From NCBI RefSeq assembly GCF_009914755.1, contig NC_060935.1: a stretch of DNA of 64,000 nucleotides; one strand, written 5' to 3'. The DNA comes from the human T2T-CHM13v2.0 reference genome, Homo sapiens. Made by a program: the position numbers and the translations under genes. Numbering within the stretch: position 1 is the stretch's first letter; the number at the start of each line of letters is the position of its first letter. The notes below the pieces were generated by a model that saw only the letters and a list, made by a program, of their open reading frames with translations, searched no databases and had not been told where the DNA came from. Positions 18,965 to 34,760 of this stretch are shown here, one piece after another.

Positions 18965-19639
18965 TTACTGAGATCCTTCTGTGTGTCAAGTCCAATCAGA
19001 GAGAAAGGTTCTTTTACAGCAATAGAGAGACACAGAGAGATGTGCAATGTACTGGTAATAAAAATAGGAGAATGAAATCATTGTTCCCACAGAAAGGCCC
19101 CAATGAGTCTTCCAAAATAAACGCATATTATTTATGTAATTTTTCAAATACACCTTTATCAAGAAAAGAATAAAACATCGTTGGATCATGGCATATTGCT
19201 GTTTAAAATGATCCATTAATGTTCTAATTGTCATCAGGACAAAGGCCCATAGCCATGCCTGCCTCATGTCTGGACTTTTCCTCCTTCCCCAGCTCCATCT
19301 CCTGCCCATCCCAACATACTTTAAATTTCAGCCACAGGAAGGGACTTACAGTTCCCAGAACATGCCCCCTGGAGTGTGCACTCCACTGGGGTAGTTTCAT
19401 CCATTCAACTGCATTCATCCATCTCCTAGCATGCCTCATGCCACGTGCATGCCATGCTCGCTCTCTTCCCTACCTGGACCGCCTTTCTCCCTCACCAGTT
19501 TCATTCTTCAAGTTTCATCTTACATGCCATCTTCTTTGAGAAACTTTCTTTGAGCAAGCTGAGCAAGCCTGCCCTCTTCTGTGTTCTCTGTGTAGGGGAG
19601 GGTTGGAGGAGAGAAGGGCACACATCTTATTTCTCCCAC

Positions 19640-19860
19640 TAAATTCTGAGATTAGAGCTAAAATCCTGTTTATTCACAGTATGTGGCTTAAGGCCTGAGT
19701 CATACTGGAAGATCAATGGGTGCTTGTTGAAAGAATGAATGAATGAATGAATGAATGAAGCTTCCTCACTAGAATGTAAACCCACAAGGGCAAGAATTTT
19801 CATTGTTTTGTTTTGCTTTATCTTTAGCACATGGGACAGTACCTGACACACAAATGTTTG
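19640..19860. mobile_element. L2 3'-end fragments with (GAAT)n
   Basis: TGTTGAAAGAATGAATGAATG and CACTAGAATGTAAACCCACAAGGGCAAG. Confidence 0.6.
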
Positions 19861-20080
19861 TCAAAATAATTAAAATTACCTGTCAAAGAAAAAGCAACAG
19901 GTCTACAAGAAGGCTTATATCCAAACTAACCATTTGCTGGTTGTATCTGTGGATTAGTAGAAGACTTTGATCCTGGACTTACAAACAAATTAAAGACAAA
20001 AAGTGTTTTGAAGGTTGAATACAATGAGATGTTTTTCAAACTTTACTGAGTTAGTAACTCGGATTTAAAAGTGTAAAATA

Positions 20081-20368
20081 GGCCAGGCAATGTAGCTCAC
20101 TCCTGTAATCCCAACATGTTGGGAGGTCGAGGTGGGCAGGTTACTTTAGCCCAGGAGTTTGAGACCAGCCCGGGCAACATGGCAAAATCCCACCCCTATC
20201 AAAAAAAAAAAAAAAAAAATTGCTGGGTGTGGTGGTGTGCACCTGTAGTCCCAGGTACTAGGAGGCTGAGGCTGGAGGATCACTTGAGCCCTGGAGGCGG
20301 ATCACGCCACTGTACTCCAGCCTGGGTGACAGAGCCAGACCGTGTCTCAAAAAAAAAAAGGAAAAAAA
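20081..20368 (+). mobile_element. Alu (AluJ-type)
   Basis: Dimer; TSD AAAAGTGT(A/G)AA. Confidence 0.92.
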
Positions 20369-21654
20369 GTGTGAAATTAAAACTTATCTCTAAGTCCAAG
20401 AGTGATCAGGACATTTATTAACTTAATTATTTTAGAACTTGAATGGCTCTTACATGGAGCAGGCCATTTTCTATGTGCCCATATTATGGACCGAAAGAAC
20501 TACATGCAGCCAGGGAGCAACTCATGATTTCCCACATCAGGAAGAGCCAGGATGCAAGGAAAGCCTTACATCATGAATGACATCACCTTACTGACCTAAT
20601 TTCTACAAGACAATGGAATAATTTCTTCTTGCCCAAACCTTTCAGCAGCTTGGACCAGCATAGTGAGATGATGGGAGGGCTCCATAGACAAAGGACAATT
20701 GTTGGCCTTCCCTCGACAGAAGGGTGGTTTACAAAGTGATCTTTCTCAGGCGTCTGCCTGGGACCAATTGTACACCACATGACAGGTGCTCTTACATAAG
20801 TAAGGCAGAATTGGATTCAGTTTGGGTTTCTTTTCTTTTTGAAACCATCTTTCTCTGGAATTGTCCTTTCTAAAAGTCACTAGAACAACAGGAGGGAAAA
20901 GTGAGATCTTGAACTCCCCAGGGAATCAAAGTGGCACTTCCTTCCCCTTTCTTTCTTTGTCTACCTTTGCACTGTTGCCATCCGCTGGGACCTCTTTGGA
21001 GAGGAGGTTTTATTCCCCTGCTTTCTTTCAGAATCCTGCTTCACATAATCTTCACTAGCTCTTCACAAAGAAAACTAGGACTCTCATTTATTTTATCCAA
21101 TCCACCACTACATCCAGCCTTGAAAACAGCAGGCAGCCTATTATTCTCTAACAGGGACAAATAGCAGGATGGAGCTTGACTATTTTCCATGAGGCTGATT
21201 TTTGCTAATCTAACACATTTATTCTTTGACACCTTTTCATGGCCAATTGAGAAGTGGTACCCAGAAAGACAGTAATGCAACTTAGAAATGTATGGAAAAT
21301 TGATAATGTTGAGATCTTAATTGAGGTGAAAATAACCAAATAACGTGTGGAGGGACATTAGGACCATTTTGTAGTATTGACAAAAGATACATGACACATA
21401 GCCTTCCATCCAACAACTCTGCTCTAGGATTCTAGCTCACAGAAATACACCAGGGAGCAAAGGCATATGAGTAACATTGTTTATTGAATTATAACTGTAG
21501 AATCATATGAAATGACATAAAAAGATATGTATTGTAATGTGGAAAAAGTAAAATGCAGAACAATATTATATGTGTGGTTTCATTTTTGTTAAAAAACACC
21601 ACATGTGGTTGCATATACCTGTGTATATTTATAGACATAAAGAAAAAGGCTGGA

Positions 21655-21948
<294 letters not shown>

Positions 21949-22111
21949 GGGCTGGAAAGATACATGCTAAAGCCTCCTTTTTCTGGAGAGTGAGACTGGG
22001 GAGTGTGGTGAGGGGAAATTTCACTCTGTTTCATACACTCTGGATTATTTAAATCTATTGTAAAAACCAATAAAGGAAATTAAGAATAAGTGGATTGGTA
22101 TAAGGTAGTTA

Positions 22112-22421
<310 letters not shown>

Positions 22422-22434
22422 TGGGTCATTAATT

Positions 22435-22650
22435 TATAGAGCATTTATTTTGTGCCAGGCACATGATAGATACTTTATATAGATCACCTCACATGTCCCT
22501 CCAATCTTCTGATGTAGGTAATGTTATCCCTATTTATGAGTGAGAAAACAGATTCAGAGAAGTAACTTGTCCAAGGTAATAGAGGTAGTAAGTAGCAGAC
22601 CTAGGGTTCAAACTCACACCTTTCTGATTCCAAAGCCAAGATCTTTCCAT
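22435..22650. mobile_element. MIR
   Basis: TGTGCCAGGCAC..GAGAAAACAGATTCAGAGAAGTAACTTGTCCAAGGT..GGGTTCAAACTC. Confidence 0.75.
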
Positions 22651-22866
22651 TGGTCTGACAATGCTCTCATATGATATAGTCCTGGCTCAGCAGATGGGCT
22701 TATTAACATTACTACATTGCCACTGAATGTTAGGTTTATTTTTAGAAACTTACGGAAAATTTTATACACAAAAAGGAAAAGTGTAATGAATCCATGTGTT
22801 CATTATCACCCAGAGTCAATAATTATTAATACTCTGCATCATTGTTTTATCTATCCCCACAAATAC

Positions 22867-23139
22867 TTTTTTTTTTCTTTTTGAGACAGGGTCTCGCTCT
22901 GTCACCCAGGCTGGAGTGCATGCAGTAGCTCAATCACAGCTCACTGGAGCCTCAACCTCTCAGGCTCAAGTGATCCTCCCACCTCAGCCTCCCAAGTAGC
23001 TGGGACTATAGGCGAGTGCCACCATGCCCAGCTAATTTTTTCTATTTTTTGTAGAGACGGAATCTCACTATTCTGCTTAGGCTGGTCTCGAACTCCTGGG
23101 CTCAAGCAATCCTACAGTCATGGGCCACCCCACCCAGCC
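22867..23139 (-). mobile_element. Alu (AluJ-type, partly deleted 5' end)
   Basis: Antisense Alu; TSD TATCCCCACAAA. Confidence 0.92.
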
Positions 23140-23381
23140 TATCCCCACAAACACATTTTTGGGAGAGCATTTTAAAGTAAATTCAAGGTTTATCATTTCA
23201 TCATCAATATTTCAATCTCTAAAAATAAGAACTTAAGAAAACATAGCCACAATACCATTATCACACATAATAAATTTAACAGTAATTCCTTAATATTATC
23301 TAATATCCAATCCACGTAATTTTCCTACATTATCTCCAAAAAATAACTTTTTTTTTTGTTTGTATGTGTTACATATGTCTC

Positions 23382-23663
<282 letters not shown>

Positions 23664-24559
23664 TGTCTTAAGTCTTCAAGTCTTCTTGAATCTGTACTTT
23701 TCCAGCTCCCTTTTTCTTCATACCATTTATTTCTTGAAGAAATTGAGTCATGTGTCTTGGAGAATTTCCCATCTTTTTTATTTGATGTTTTATATCCTTA
23801 TGGTGTCAATTTGCATGCTTCTCGGTTTTTCATATTTCTCACAAACCAGTGGTTAGAAAATTGTTAAATTCAGGTTCAATTATTTTGGCAAGAATATTTC
23901 TTAATTGGTGTTGTATACTTCCTACTACATCATATCAGGAGGCAATTAATGTCTGGCTGTCCCACTGTTAATAATGCAAAGGTGGTACAGTAGGTTCAAA
24001 GGTTGTCAGCCTCATCTATCTATTGCAAAGTTTCTTATCAACCATTCACCTAATAATTTTAGCAACCACTGATGATTTTTGCCTAGATCTGTTATTTTGT
24101 TAGGGATTAAGTTCATTTTTAATCCTGCAAGACAGGTATTTTTAAACACCATCCTGAGATGGGATGTAGGTCTCAAAAATATACATTTTATGACCTATTG
24201 TGTATTTACACAAGAATCATTGAGCTTTTAGCCTTATTTTCCTAAGACTATCAGCATTCTGCCACCTCATAAGGCCCATTTAGAATCATTTTGCTACTTA
24301 GAGTCACATTTTTATTAATCTATTTGGAATTTTTATCTATGCTGCAATCTCTAAATAATTCATAAAAAGGAAGAAGGCAGGAGGGGACAGAGGAAAGATA
24401 TTATATCACCAGTCTTGATATATGCCTCAGTAAGCCACTTCAACATCTTTGAGTCCTTTTAAACTTCATGCCCAGGGCAACCTTTTACATTAGAAAAAGA
24501 TGTTATTTTAGTCTCAGTGATTCTATGTCTATTCTTATTTTTTCCACATTCCTTGTAGC

Positions 24560-25000
24560 TTTTGTCCTGAGCCAAGTTCTGAAGGTAAACAAAGGGGAAG
24601 GCCTGGGTTCTGTTCTCCAGGGGTTCACAATCACCTACATGTAACAGAGAAATGCCCAGAAGGCTCTTGGAATGCAGGAAAGAGACACTCCCAGACTACA
24701 GAATCAGGGACAGCATCTCAAAGGAGAAGATGTTTAGCAGAGTTTTGAAGGATGAGCAGAAAGTAAGGGGAGGGCATTCCAAGAAAAGAAAAAACCCATA
24801 CAAAGGCAAGAAGACGGAAAAGAATAGGCCTTTTCAGAGCACTGCACATGGTTTTGAATGACTGGGAGAGCAAGGTTTATAGGGAGAGGTAGCTGTGCTG
24901 GAGCAGTGACAGGGATAGGCCATGAGGAGCCAGGCCAAAGAGTTAGGATGGCTCTGAAGGACTTACAGCAGAAGAGTGGCAGAGTCTGATTGATCTTGTC
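24560..25000. mobile_element. Degraded L2
   Basis: GAGTTTTGAAGGATGAGCAGAAAG..GGGCATTCCAAG..AGCCAGGCCAAAGAGTT. Confidence 0.55.
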
Positions 25001-25029
25001 TTGTTCCCCAGTACATTTTTTTCCTCCTT

Positions 25030-25265
25030 TTTCCTATTGGGGTGAAATTCACATAACATAAAATTAACTTTTTTAAGGTGAAAATTCAGTGGCATTGAGT
25101 ACATTCATAATGTTGTGCAACCACCACCTCTATCCAGTTCTAAAACATTTGCATCACGCTAAAAGGAAAGTCTATACCCATTAAGCAATTACTCCCCTTT
25201 CCCCTCTCCCCTCAGCTCCTGATAACAACCAGACAGCTTTCTATACCTGTGGATTGATCTATCCA
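25030..25265 (-). mobile_element. L1MB-like 3' tip
   Basis: GGTGAAATTCACATAACATAAAATTAAC..CAGTGGCATTGAGTACATTCATAATGTTGTGCAACCACCACC. Confidence 0.8.
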
Positions 25266-26228
25266 CTCAGTATATTTTCTTTTTAAAATTTATTCAAGTA
25301 AAATGGATTTATTATAGAAGAATCAAGATAGAGATGAACAGAAAGAAAAATAAATATTGCTATCATCTTAGCATCATGGGTAAATTTTTTATGCTGTGTA
25401 TTCTTCTAAACAATTTTCCAAGGCTTCTCCCTCTCCTCACCTCAGCATGTCACCCAACCCCCATATATTTCACAAGGTCCTCCAACCTTCTGGAGTCTCC
25501 CCAACCTTTGAGATATAAAAGAATCCTGCTCAAACCCCTATCCTATGAATGTCATGAAACCCAAGTCCCTACCGATATCTCTGAAGGGTCTCATATTGAG
25601 CCAGAGGTATGTTTCTTTTGATCACCTCTACCTCTGATTTTCTGCCTTGATCTCCACCCCTCATTATACTTCCTGCGCACCTTGCCCTTTCTTCTACAAC
25701 ACATCACCCTGTTGGACACTTGCTCAACCTCTTCTCTCCCCAAAAGATGGCCTAAATACGGTTGTGTGTTTAGCAAACTTTGAGGAAAGATTTGGGGGCT
25801 AGAGGGGCTAGCTTATATTGAAGCTCAGAGAACATCTTGAAACCAAGTATTCACAGTTCTTTTAAGAGTCCACCAGTCATTCCTGGCATTGGACAATTCT
25901 CACTGGCCATGCCTCCACCAGCTGCCCACCCTCTCCCCCTCTTCCCTTCCTCCCCTTTTCATTTTCCAGATTTAATCTCCTCTGGCTGTAAACTCCAAAG
26001 CACTTATTGCCAATTCCCATTTCCTTTTGTGCAAGGCAATTTGTTGCTCCTTTTGTTTGCTCCAGCTGACAGAGATTCTAAATTATTTTGCTAACTCAAA
26101 ACAGTCTCTCCCCATCAGAACGCTAGTGCCAGCTTGTCAAACTGACACTTTTCCCCCTACTGGCTGTATTTCCAGATTGCCTTGTTATTTTAAATGTCCT
26201 TCCTTAATTTGCCCAGGAGGTTTTCAGG

Positions 26229-26552
26229 ATTTGTTGTTGTTGTTGTTGTTTTTAACTTCTATTTTAAGCTCAGAAGTACATGTGCAGGTTTGCTATACAG
26301 GTGAATTGCATGTCACAGGGCTTGGGTTTACAGATTATTTTGTCACCCAGGTAAGAAGCACAGTATCCCATAGGTAGTTTTTCGATCCTCTCCATCCTCC
26401 CTCCCTCCACCTCCCAGTGTCTGTTGTTCCCTTCTTTGTGTCCATACGGACTCAATGTTTAGCTCCCGCTTGTAAGTAAGAACACGTGGTATTTGATTTT
26501 CTGTTCCTGCTTTAATTTGCTTAGGATAATGGCTTCCAGCTCCATCCATGTT
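26229..26552 (-). mobile_element. Short 5'-truncated L1PA/PB 3'UTR with (TTG)n tail
   Basis: GTACATGTGCAGGTTTG..TTTAGCTCCCGCTTGTAAGTAAGAAC..CCAGCTCCATCCATGTTG; TSD GGTTTTCAGG. Confidence 0.9.
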
Positions 26553-26602
26553 GGGTTTTCAGGTTCTTACTGGAAAACCCCCAATAAAAAACTAAGTAAA
26601 TA

Positions 26603-26947
<345 letters not shown>

Positions 26948-27078
26948 CTATCCATTCTTCTACTTCTTTTGAAATGGCTACATATATCCCCTGTTTTTGG
27001 TCACTGAGGTTTCCACTTCTTTATTATTATAGGCAGCACATCATGATATATATTAAGAAGATTAGTGGAATATGTATA

Positions 27079-27135
<57 letters not shown>
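27079..27135. repeat. Compound microsatellite (TG)6(TA)22
   Basis: Directly visible. Confidence 0.97.
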
Positions 27136-27137
<2 letters not shown>

Positions 27138-27311
27138 TTAATTATTTCTTAGCTATACATTCCTAGTAGAACACCCCCTATAAGGACTGTATACATTTAT
27201 AGACCTAACCATGTTTGACAGTGCCTGAATCTCCAAACTCTTCTTTACAGTGCATTTATTAATCCTTGTTTTTTTCTTTGTGGTTTTAATTTGCATTTCT
27301 TTGACTAAACA

Positions 27312-27457
27312 TGAAGGTGATAAATGCTTGACGTGACAGATATCCCAATTACACTGATTTGATCATTATGCCTTGTATGTTTGTATCAAAATATGACATT
27401 ACCTCATAAGCATGTACAATTATATACCCACAAAAATTTTAAACAATAATAAATAAA
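27312..27457 (+). mobile_element. L1MA 3' tip
   Basis: GATAAATGCTTGACGTGACAGATATCCCAATTACACTGATTTGATCATT..TGTATCAAAATAT with A-rich tail. Confidence 0.75.
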
Positions 27458-27530
27458 AGAAGTTGAACATTTTTCATGTTTACTGGCCATCTTGGGTTTT
27501 TCTTATATAAAATGCCTTTTCTAGTCAATC

Positions 27531-27837
27531 TTTTTTTTGTTTTTGTTTTTGTTTTGAGACAGAGTCTCGCTCTGTAGCCCAGATTGGAGTGCAGTGGCGC
27601 CATCTCGGCTCACTGCAACCTCTTGCCTCCCAGGTTCAAGCGATTCTCCTGCCTCAGCCTCCCGGATAGCTGGGACTACAGGCGCCCGCCGCCACACCCA
27701 GCTAATTTTTTGTATTTTTAGTAGAGACGGGGTTTCACTGTATTAGCCAGGATGGTCTCAATCTCCTGATCTCGTGATCGGCCCACCTCGGCCTCCCAAA
27801 GTGCTGGGATTACAGGCATGAGCCACTGTGCCCAGCC
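27531..27837 (-). mobile_element. Alu (AluSc-type)
   Basis: Antisense dimer. Confidence 0.95.
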
Positions 27838-27869
27838 CCTTTTTTTCTTTTTAATTTAATTTTGTTTTT

Positions 27870-27903
27870 AGGCTAGTCAAGTGAAGCAGTGTGAGTGGAG
27901 AAG
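27870..27903 (-). pseudogene. Y3 RNA 3'-fragment retrocopy with A-rich tail (27840-27869)
   Basis: Reverse complement CTTCTCCACTCACACTGCTTCACTTGACTAGCCT matches the recalled 3' end of hY3 (CTTCTCCACTCCCACTGCTTCACTTGACTAGCCT) with one mismatch. Confidence 0.85.
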
Positions 27904-27958
27904 TATTTTCATTTATTGATTTGAAGAAAATCTTTGAATGTTAAAGAGAAGAATCTTT

Positions 27959-28248
27959 GGTCTGGATGTGGTGGCTCAAGCCTGTAATCTCAACACTTTG
28001 GGAGGCTGAAGTGGGAGGATCACTTGAGCCCAGGAGTTAAGATGAGCTTGGGCAACACAGTGAGACTCCATCTCTAAAAAAAATGAAAAAGTTAGCTGGG
28101 CATGGTGGCGCATGCCTGTAGTCCAAACTACTTGGGAGGATGAGGCAGGAGAATCACTTGAGCCCCAGAGTTTAGGTAATTCACTGCACTCCAGCCTCAG
28201 CAACAGAGTGAAACTCTGTCAAAGAAGAAAAGAAAAACAAAAAGAAAG
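27959..28248 (+). mobile_element. Alu (AluJ-type)
   Basis: Dimer; TSD AAGAATCTTT. Confidence 0.9.
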
Positions 28249-29677
28249 AATCTTTGGTTAAGGATACTTTCCTCCAGTGTAATTTGTCTTTCAACTTAGT
28301 TTATGATAAATTTTGCTACATAAAAGTTTTACATTTTCATATAATCAGATCTATCATCCTTTATACTTTAAGCCTTTAGTTTCATGTTTACAAAGTCATC
28401 CCTTACCCCCAAAGTTTTATAAATATTCACCTGTATTTTCTTGTACTTACATTAAAATTTTTAATCCTTCTGGATTTATCTTAGTGTACTATGTGAGTTT
28501 GGATTTAACTTTGTTTTAATGATTAGACAGTTCATCTTAACACTCTCTCCACTGACATGAGGCAGCAGATTTATTATATACTAAACTCTTATACACATTT
28601 GGATATATTTCTGAACTGTCTCTTTTTTAGCTAAAACAGCAATGTTTTAGTTATTATATCTTGCTAGTTCACATTAATATCTGTTAGGAAAGAACTTTTC
28701 ACTACTGTTCTTCCTAAAAGTGTGCTTGACATTCTTCATTTATTTTTCTAAATAAGCCTTAAAATAGTTTTTTTTTCACATTCTAAAAATAGTTCCCAGG
28801 TATTTTTATTGGGATTTTGTTAAATTTATAGGTTTAGCTTGAGGAAATTTAATACCTTTACAATTTTAAATTTTCTAATACAGAAATGTGGACTGCCTTT
28901 CCCTGTATTCAAATTTCTTTCTAGATTTCATGGTAAAGTTTTGTAGATATGTACATTTATCATTAAGTTTATTCCTAGGTGCTTTGATTTTTTTATTGCT
29001 GTCATATATGAGTTCTTTCTTCCATTATCTATCTTAACAGAGTATTGCTGATATATATAGGAAAGCTATTAGTTTTTTAATATTTCTGTTATAATTGCCA
29101 AACTTTCTAAGTGTCTTAAGTCTAATAGTTTCTCAAGCAACCATATCATCTTGGAAAAATGATAATTTTATCTCTTCCTATCAAATATTTATACCTCCCT
29201 CATTTCCTTTTCTCATTGTTACATTGATGAGCACTTCCAGAATAATGTTAAATAATGGTAATTATAGTTGAATTACTAACATCAGTGGAAATGCTTCTAA
29301 TGTTTTATTGCTAAGTATAATATTGGTTATTGGTCTGAGATCAATATTCTTTAACATATAAAATGTTAACTATGATTTTTCTTAAATCAAAACTGTATGT
29401 TGAGAGGAGTGACATTAGCTATAGCTATGTGGCAGAGTACTATGTGTCTGCAACCTCCATCCCTTTCAATAGCGGAAGGAAAACTGGAAAATTCATAAAT
29501 ATGTGAAAATTAGACAACACACTCTTGAACTCTGTCAAAAAAGAAATCAAAAAGGAAATTTAAAAATACCTTGAGACAAAAATGAAAACACAACATGTCA
29601 AAACTTATGGGATGCAGCAAAAGCAGTATTAAACAGGAAGTTCATAGTGAAAAATGCCTACATTTAAAAAGAAGAAA

Positions 29678-29973
29678 GGCCGGGCACAGTGGCTCACACC
29701 TATAATCCCAGCACTTTGGAAGGTGGGCAGATCACTTGAACTTAGGAGATCGAGACCAGTCTGGGCAATCTGGCGAAACCCCATCTCTACAACAGATACA
29801 AAAATTAGCCAGATGTGCTGACACATGCTTGTAGTCCCAGCTACTTAGGAGTCTGATGTGGGAGGATGGCTTAAACCCCGGGGAGGCTGAGGCTGCAGTG
29901 AACCAAGATCAGGTCCCTGCATTACAGCCTGGCCGATAGAGCCAGAACCTGTCTCAAAAATAAAATAAAATAA
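29678..29973 (+). mobile_element. Alu (AluJ-type) in L1
   Basis: Dimer; flanks share AAGAAAG. Confidence 0.92.
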
Positions 29974-30033
29974 AGAAAGATTTCAAACAACCTAACTTAA
30001 CAAGCCAAGGAATTTTTTTTAAAAAGAATGTAT

Positions 30034-30332
30034 TGCCGGGCGCAGTGGCTCACGCCTGTAATCCCAGCACTTTGGGAGGCTGAGGCGGGTGGATCACGAG
30101 GTCAGGAGATTGCGACCATCCTGACTAACACGGTGAAAACCTGTCTCTACTAAAAATACAAAAAATTAGCTGGGCGTGGTGGCGGGCGCCTGTAGTCCCA
30201 GCTACTCAGGAGGCTGAGGCAGGAGAATGGCGTGAACCCGGGAGGCGGAGCTTGCAGTGAGCCGAGATTGTCCACTGCACTCCAGCCTGTGCGACAGAGC
30301 GAGACTCCACCTAAAAAAAAAAAAAAAAAAAA
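30034..30332 (+). mobile_element. AluY in L1
   Basis: GGAGAATGGCGTGAACCCGGGAGGCGGAGCTTGCAG; TSD AAAAAGAAT. Confidence 0.95.
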
Positions 30333-31624
30333 GAATAAACTAAGCCCAAAGTTACCAGAAGGAAGAAAATAACAAAGATTACAGCAGAAATAAATAAAAT
30401 AAAACAATAGAAACAAATTAATAAAATTGAGTTTTTTTTAAAAGATAAAACAAAATTGACAAAATCTTAGCTAGACTAGGAAAGAAAAGAGAGAAGACTG
30501 AAATAAAAACAATCAGAAATGAAAGAAAAACAGATGTCACAGAAATAAAGAGGATCATAAGAGACTATTATGAACTATTATATGCCAACAAAAAGCTGGA
30601 CAATGTAGAAAAAAAGAATGAATTTCTAGACACATACAACCTACCAAGACTAAATGAAAGTCTAAACAGATTTATAACTAGTATGAAGATTGGGTCAGTA
30701 ACCAAAAGTCTCCCAACAACAGCAACAAAAATACCTAAGGCCAGATGGCTTCACTTGGGGAATTCTACCAAACATTTAAAGAAGAATTAACATCAATCCT
30801 TCTCAAACTCTTCCAAAGAATTGAAGAAGGAACACTTTCAAACTCATTTTATGAATATAGCACTACCCCAATACCAAAGCTAGACAAAGACATCACAAGA
30901 AAAGGAAAGTACGGGCCAATATCCCTGATGAATACAGATGCAGATACTCAACAAAATACTAGCTAACCAAATCCAATAGCACACTGAAAATATCATACAT
31001 CATGACCAAGTGAGATTCATCCCTAGGATGCAGGGATGGTTCAAAATATGCAAATCAATAAATTTAATATACCACATTAACAGAATAAAAGATAAAAATC
31101 ACATAATCCTCTGAATAGGTGCAGAAAAAGCATTTAACAAAGTTTAACACCCTTTCATCATAAAAGCTCTCAACAAACTAAGGCCAGAATGAAATTACCT
31201 CAACATAATAAAGGCTATAAATGAAAAGTCCTCAGCTAATATCACACTAATGGTGAAAACAGAAGAACAAGGCAAGGATGCCTACTCTCACCACTTCTGT
31301 TCAACATAGTACTGCAAGTCCTAGGCAAAGCAATTAGGGAAGAAAAAGAAATAAAAGCCATCCAAATAAGAAAGAAAAAGTAAAATTTTCCCTGTCTGCA
31401 GATGACACAATCTCATACGTAGAAAACCCTAAAGACACTATCCAAAAAAAAAAACAAAAAACAAACAAAAAAAAACCTGTTAGAACTAATAAATAAATTC
31501 AGTGAAGTTGCAGGGTACAAAATATAAAAATCAATTGCATTTTTGTATGCTCACAATGAAGTATCTGGAAAGGAAATTAGGAAAATAATTTAATTTACAA
31601 TAGCATCAAAAAGAATGAGATACC

Positions 31625-31926
<302 letters not shown>

Positions 31927-32144
31927 AGAATGAGATACCTAGAACTAAACTTGACTAAAAGGGTGAAAAGTTGTATACTGAAAACTCAAAACATTGATGA
32001 AAGAAATTAAATAAGACATAAGTAAATGGAAAGACATCCATTGCTTAAAGATTGGAAAACTTGGTATTGTTAAAATACCTATACTACCCAAAGTGATCTA
32101 CACATTCAGTGCAATCCCTATCAAAATCCCAATGGCATTTCCTA

Positions 32145-32567
<423 letters not shown>

Positions 32568-33864
32568 TTACAAAGCTAATATATTAGAATATATTACAAA
32601 TCAAAACAGCATGGTACTGGCACAAAGACAGACATATAGACTGACGGAACAGAATAGAGAGCCCAGAAATAAATCCACATATACACAGTCAATTGATCTT
32701 TAACATGGATTCCAAGGATACACAATGGGGAAAAGATAGCCTTTTCAACAAATTTTCGAAAAATGGTGTTGGAAAAACTGGATATCCACATGCAAAAGAA
32801 AGAAATTGTCAGCCTGGGCAACAAAGTGAGACCTCATCTGTAGTACCAAAAGCAAAGGCAACAAAAACAAAATAAGCAAATGGGACTACATCAAACTAAA
32901 AAGCTTCTGTACAGCAATGGAAAAAACTCAACAGAGTGAAAAGGCAACCTGAAGAATGGGAGAAAATATTTGTAAACCATAAACTGATAAAGGATTAATC
33001 TCTAAAATATATAAGAAACTTCTGCAACTCAATCGTTAAAAAAAAGAACCAAAACCTAATACCCTAATACACTATTGAAAAACAGGCAAGGACCTGACCT
33101 GAACAGACATTTCTTCAAAGCAGACATATAAATGGCCAATAGGCATATGAAAAAATGCTAAACAGCATCGCTAATCATCAGGGAAATGCAAATCAAAACC
33201 ACAATGAGCTATCACCTCCCACCTGCCAGGATAGCCATTATCAAAAAGACAAAAGATAACAATTATTGGTAAAGATGTGGAGAAAAGGGAACCCTTGCAC
33301 ACCATTGGTGAGAATGCAAAATGGTCAGCTGCTATGGAAAACAGAATGAAATTTCTTCAAAAAATTAAAAATAGAACTGCCATTTGACTGAGCAATTCCA
33401 CTTCTGGATGTTTAAAAAGAATTGAGATTAGGATCTTAAAGAAATACTAGCATTCCCATGTTTACTGCAGCACCATTCACAACAGCCAAGATGTACAAAC
33501 AATCTAAATGTCCATCAACAGATGAACAGATAAAGAAAATGATGGTACATACAGACAATAGAATACTATTCAGCCTTTAAAAAGGAGGACATTCTACAAT
33601 ATGTGACAACATGAATGAACAATGAGGACATTATGCTAAGTGAAACAAGCCAGGTACAGAAAGACAAATATGGCACAATTCTGCCTAGTCCAATTCATAG
33701 AATCAAAGAGTGAAATGGTGGTTACCAACGACTGGAGGAGAGGGAAATTAAGAATTAATAACCCCGAGGCATAAAATTTCAGTCAAGCAAGATAAGTAAG
33801 TGTAGAGATCTGTTGTACAGCATTGAACCTATAGTCCACAATAATGTAAAGTTAAAAATTTGTT

Positions 33865-34160
<296 letters not shown>

Positions 34161-34750
34161 TAGTGACTTATTGAATGTGAGATGTGAAGGAAAGACAGGA
34201 GTTCAAGAGAACTGCCCAGTTCTTGTTTTTGTGATATTTACCAAGACAGGGTCACAGGAAGAAAAGCAGGTTTGGTGGGGGTTGGTGGGGGCAGTATAGA
34301 GGATGAATCAATTTTAGCATTGTTATATTTGACATCCTGAGGTGAACATCCAGGTAGAGACATGTAAACAGTTATACACATAGACCTGGAGCAGAGAGAT
34401 TTGGGCCTCAGATACTGATTTGGCAATGATCAGCGCATAGAAGACAGCTAAATGTGGAGAGTGAGGATACAAGAAAGAAGGCTGAAAATGGAACCACAGA
34501 GAATAGCCAGTTTTAAGAGATGGAAGAAGGAAGCCGTCCTTACGAAGACACTGCCAGAGAGGTAGGAATAGAACCTATTCTGTGAATCAGGAAAACAAAA
34601 GGAGGACAGAGTTTTGGGTAGAACATGGCCAGCTGTGTCAGATGGAGCAAAGCTGTCCAGTAAGACAAGGACTAGAAAGGGTCCTCTGGATTTGCCAAGA
34701 CCTCTTTGATGACCTCAGCAAAAGCAATTTCAGTAGAAAGGTGAGGGTGA
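34161..34750. mobile_element. Degraded L2
   Basis: GAGGTGAACATCCAGGTAGAGA..GGATTTG..TGATGACCTCAGCAAAAGCAATTTCAGTAGA. Confidence 0.65.
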
Positions 34751-34760
34751 ATTCTGCCTG

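Larger units (their letters stand above)
27260..29395 (-). mobile_element. Highly degraded antisense L1M (ORF2 region) hosting later insertions
   Basis: TGTGGTTTTAATTTGCATTTCTTTGACTA, AAGTTTATTCCTAGGT and CACTTCCAGAATAATGTTAAATAAT motifs. Confidence 0.6.

Noticed and set aside
27079-27135. (TG)6(TA)22 as a cruciform or Z-DNA element
   Set aside because: Common microsatellite of modest length; kept as a feature only.
29402-29470. GAGGAGTGACATTAGC..TGGCAGAGTA resembling an L1M 5' start fused to ORF2 at 29478
   Set aside because: Match is short and degenerate; no TSD was identified to tie it to the L1.
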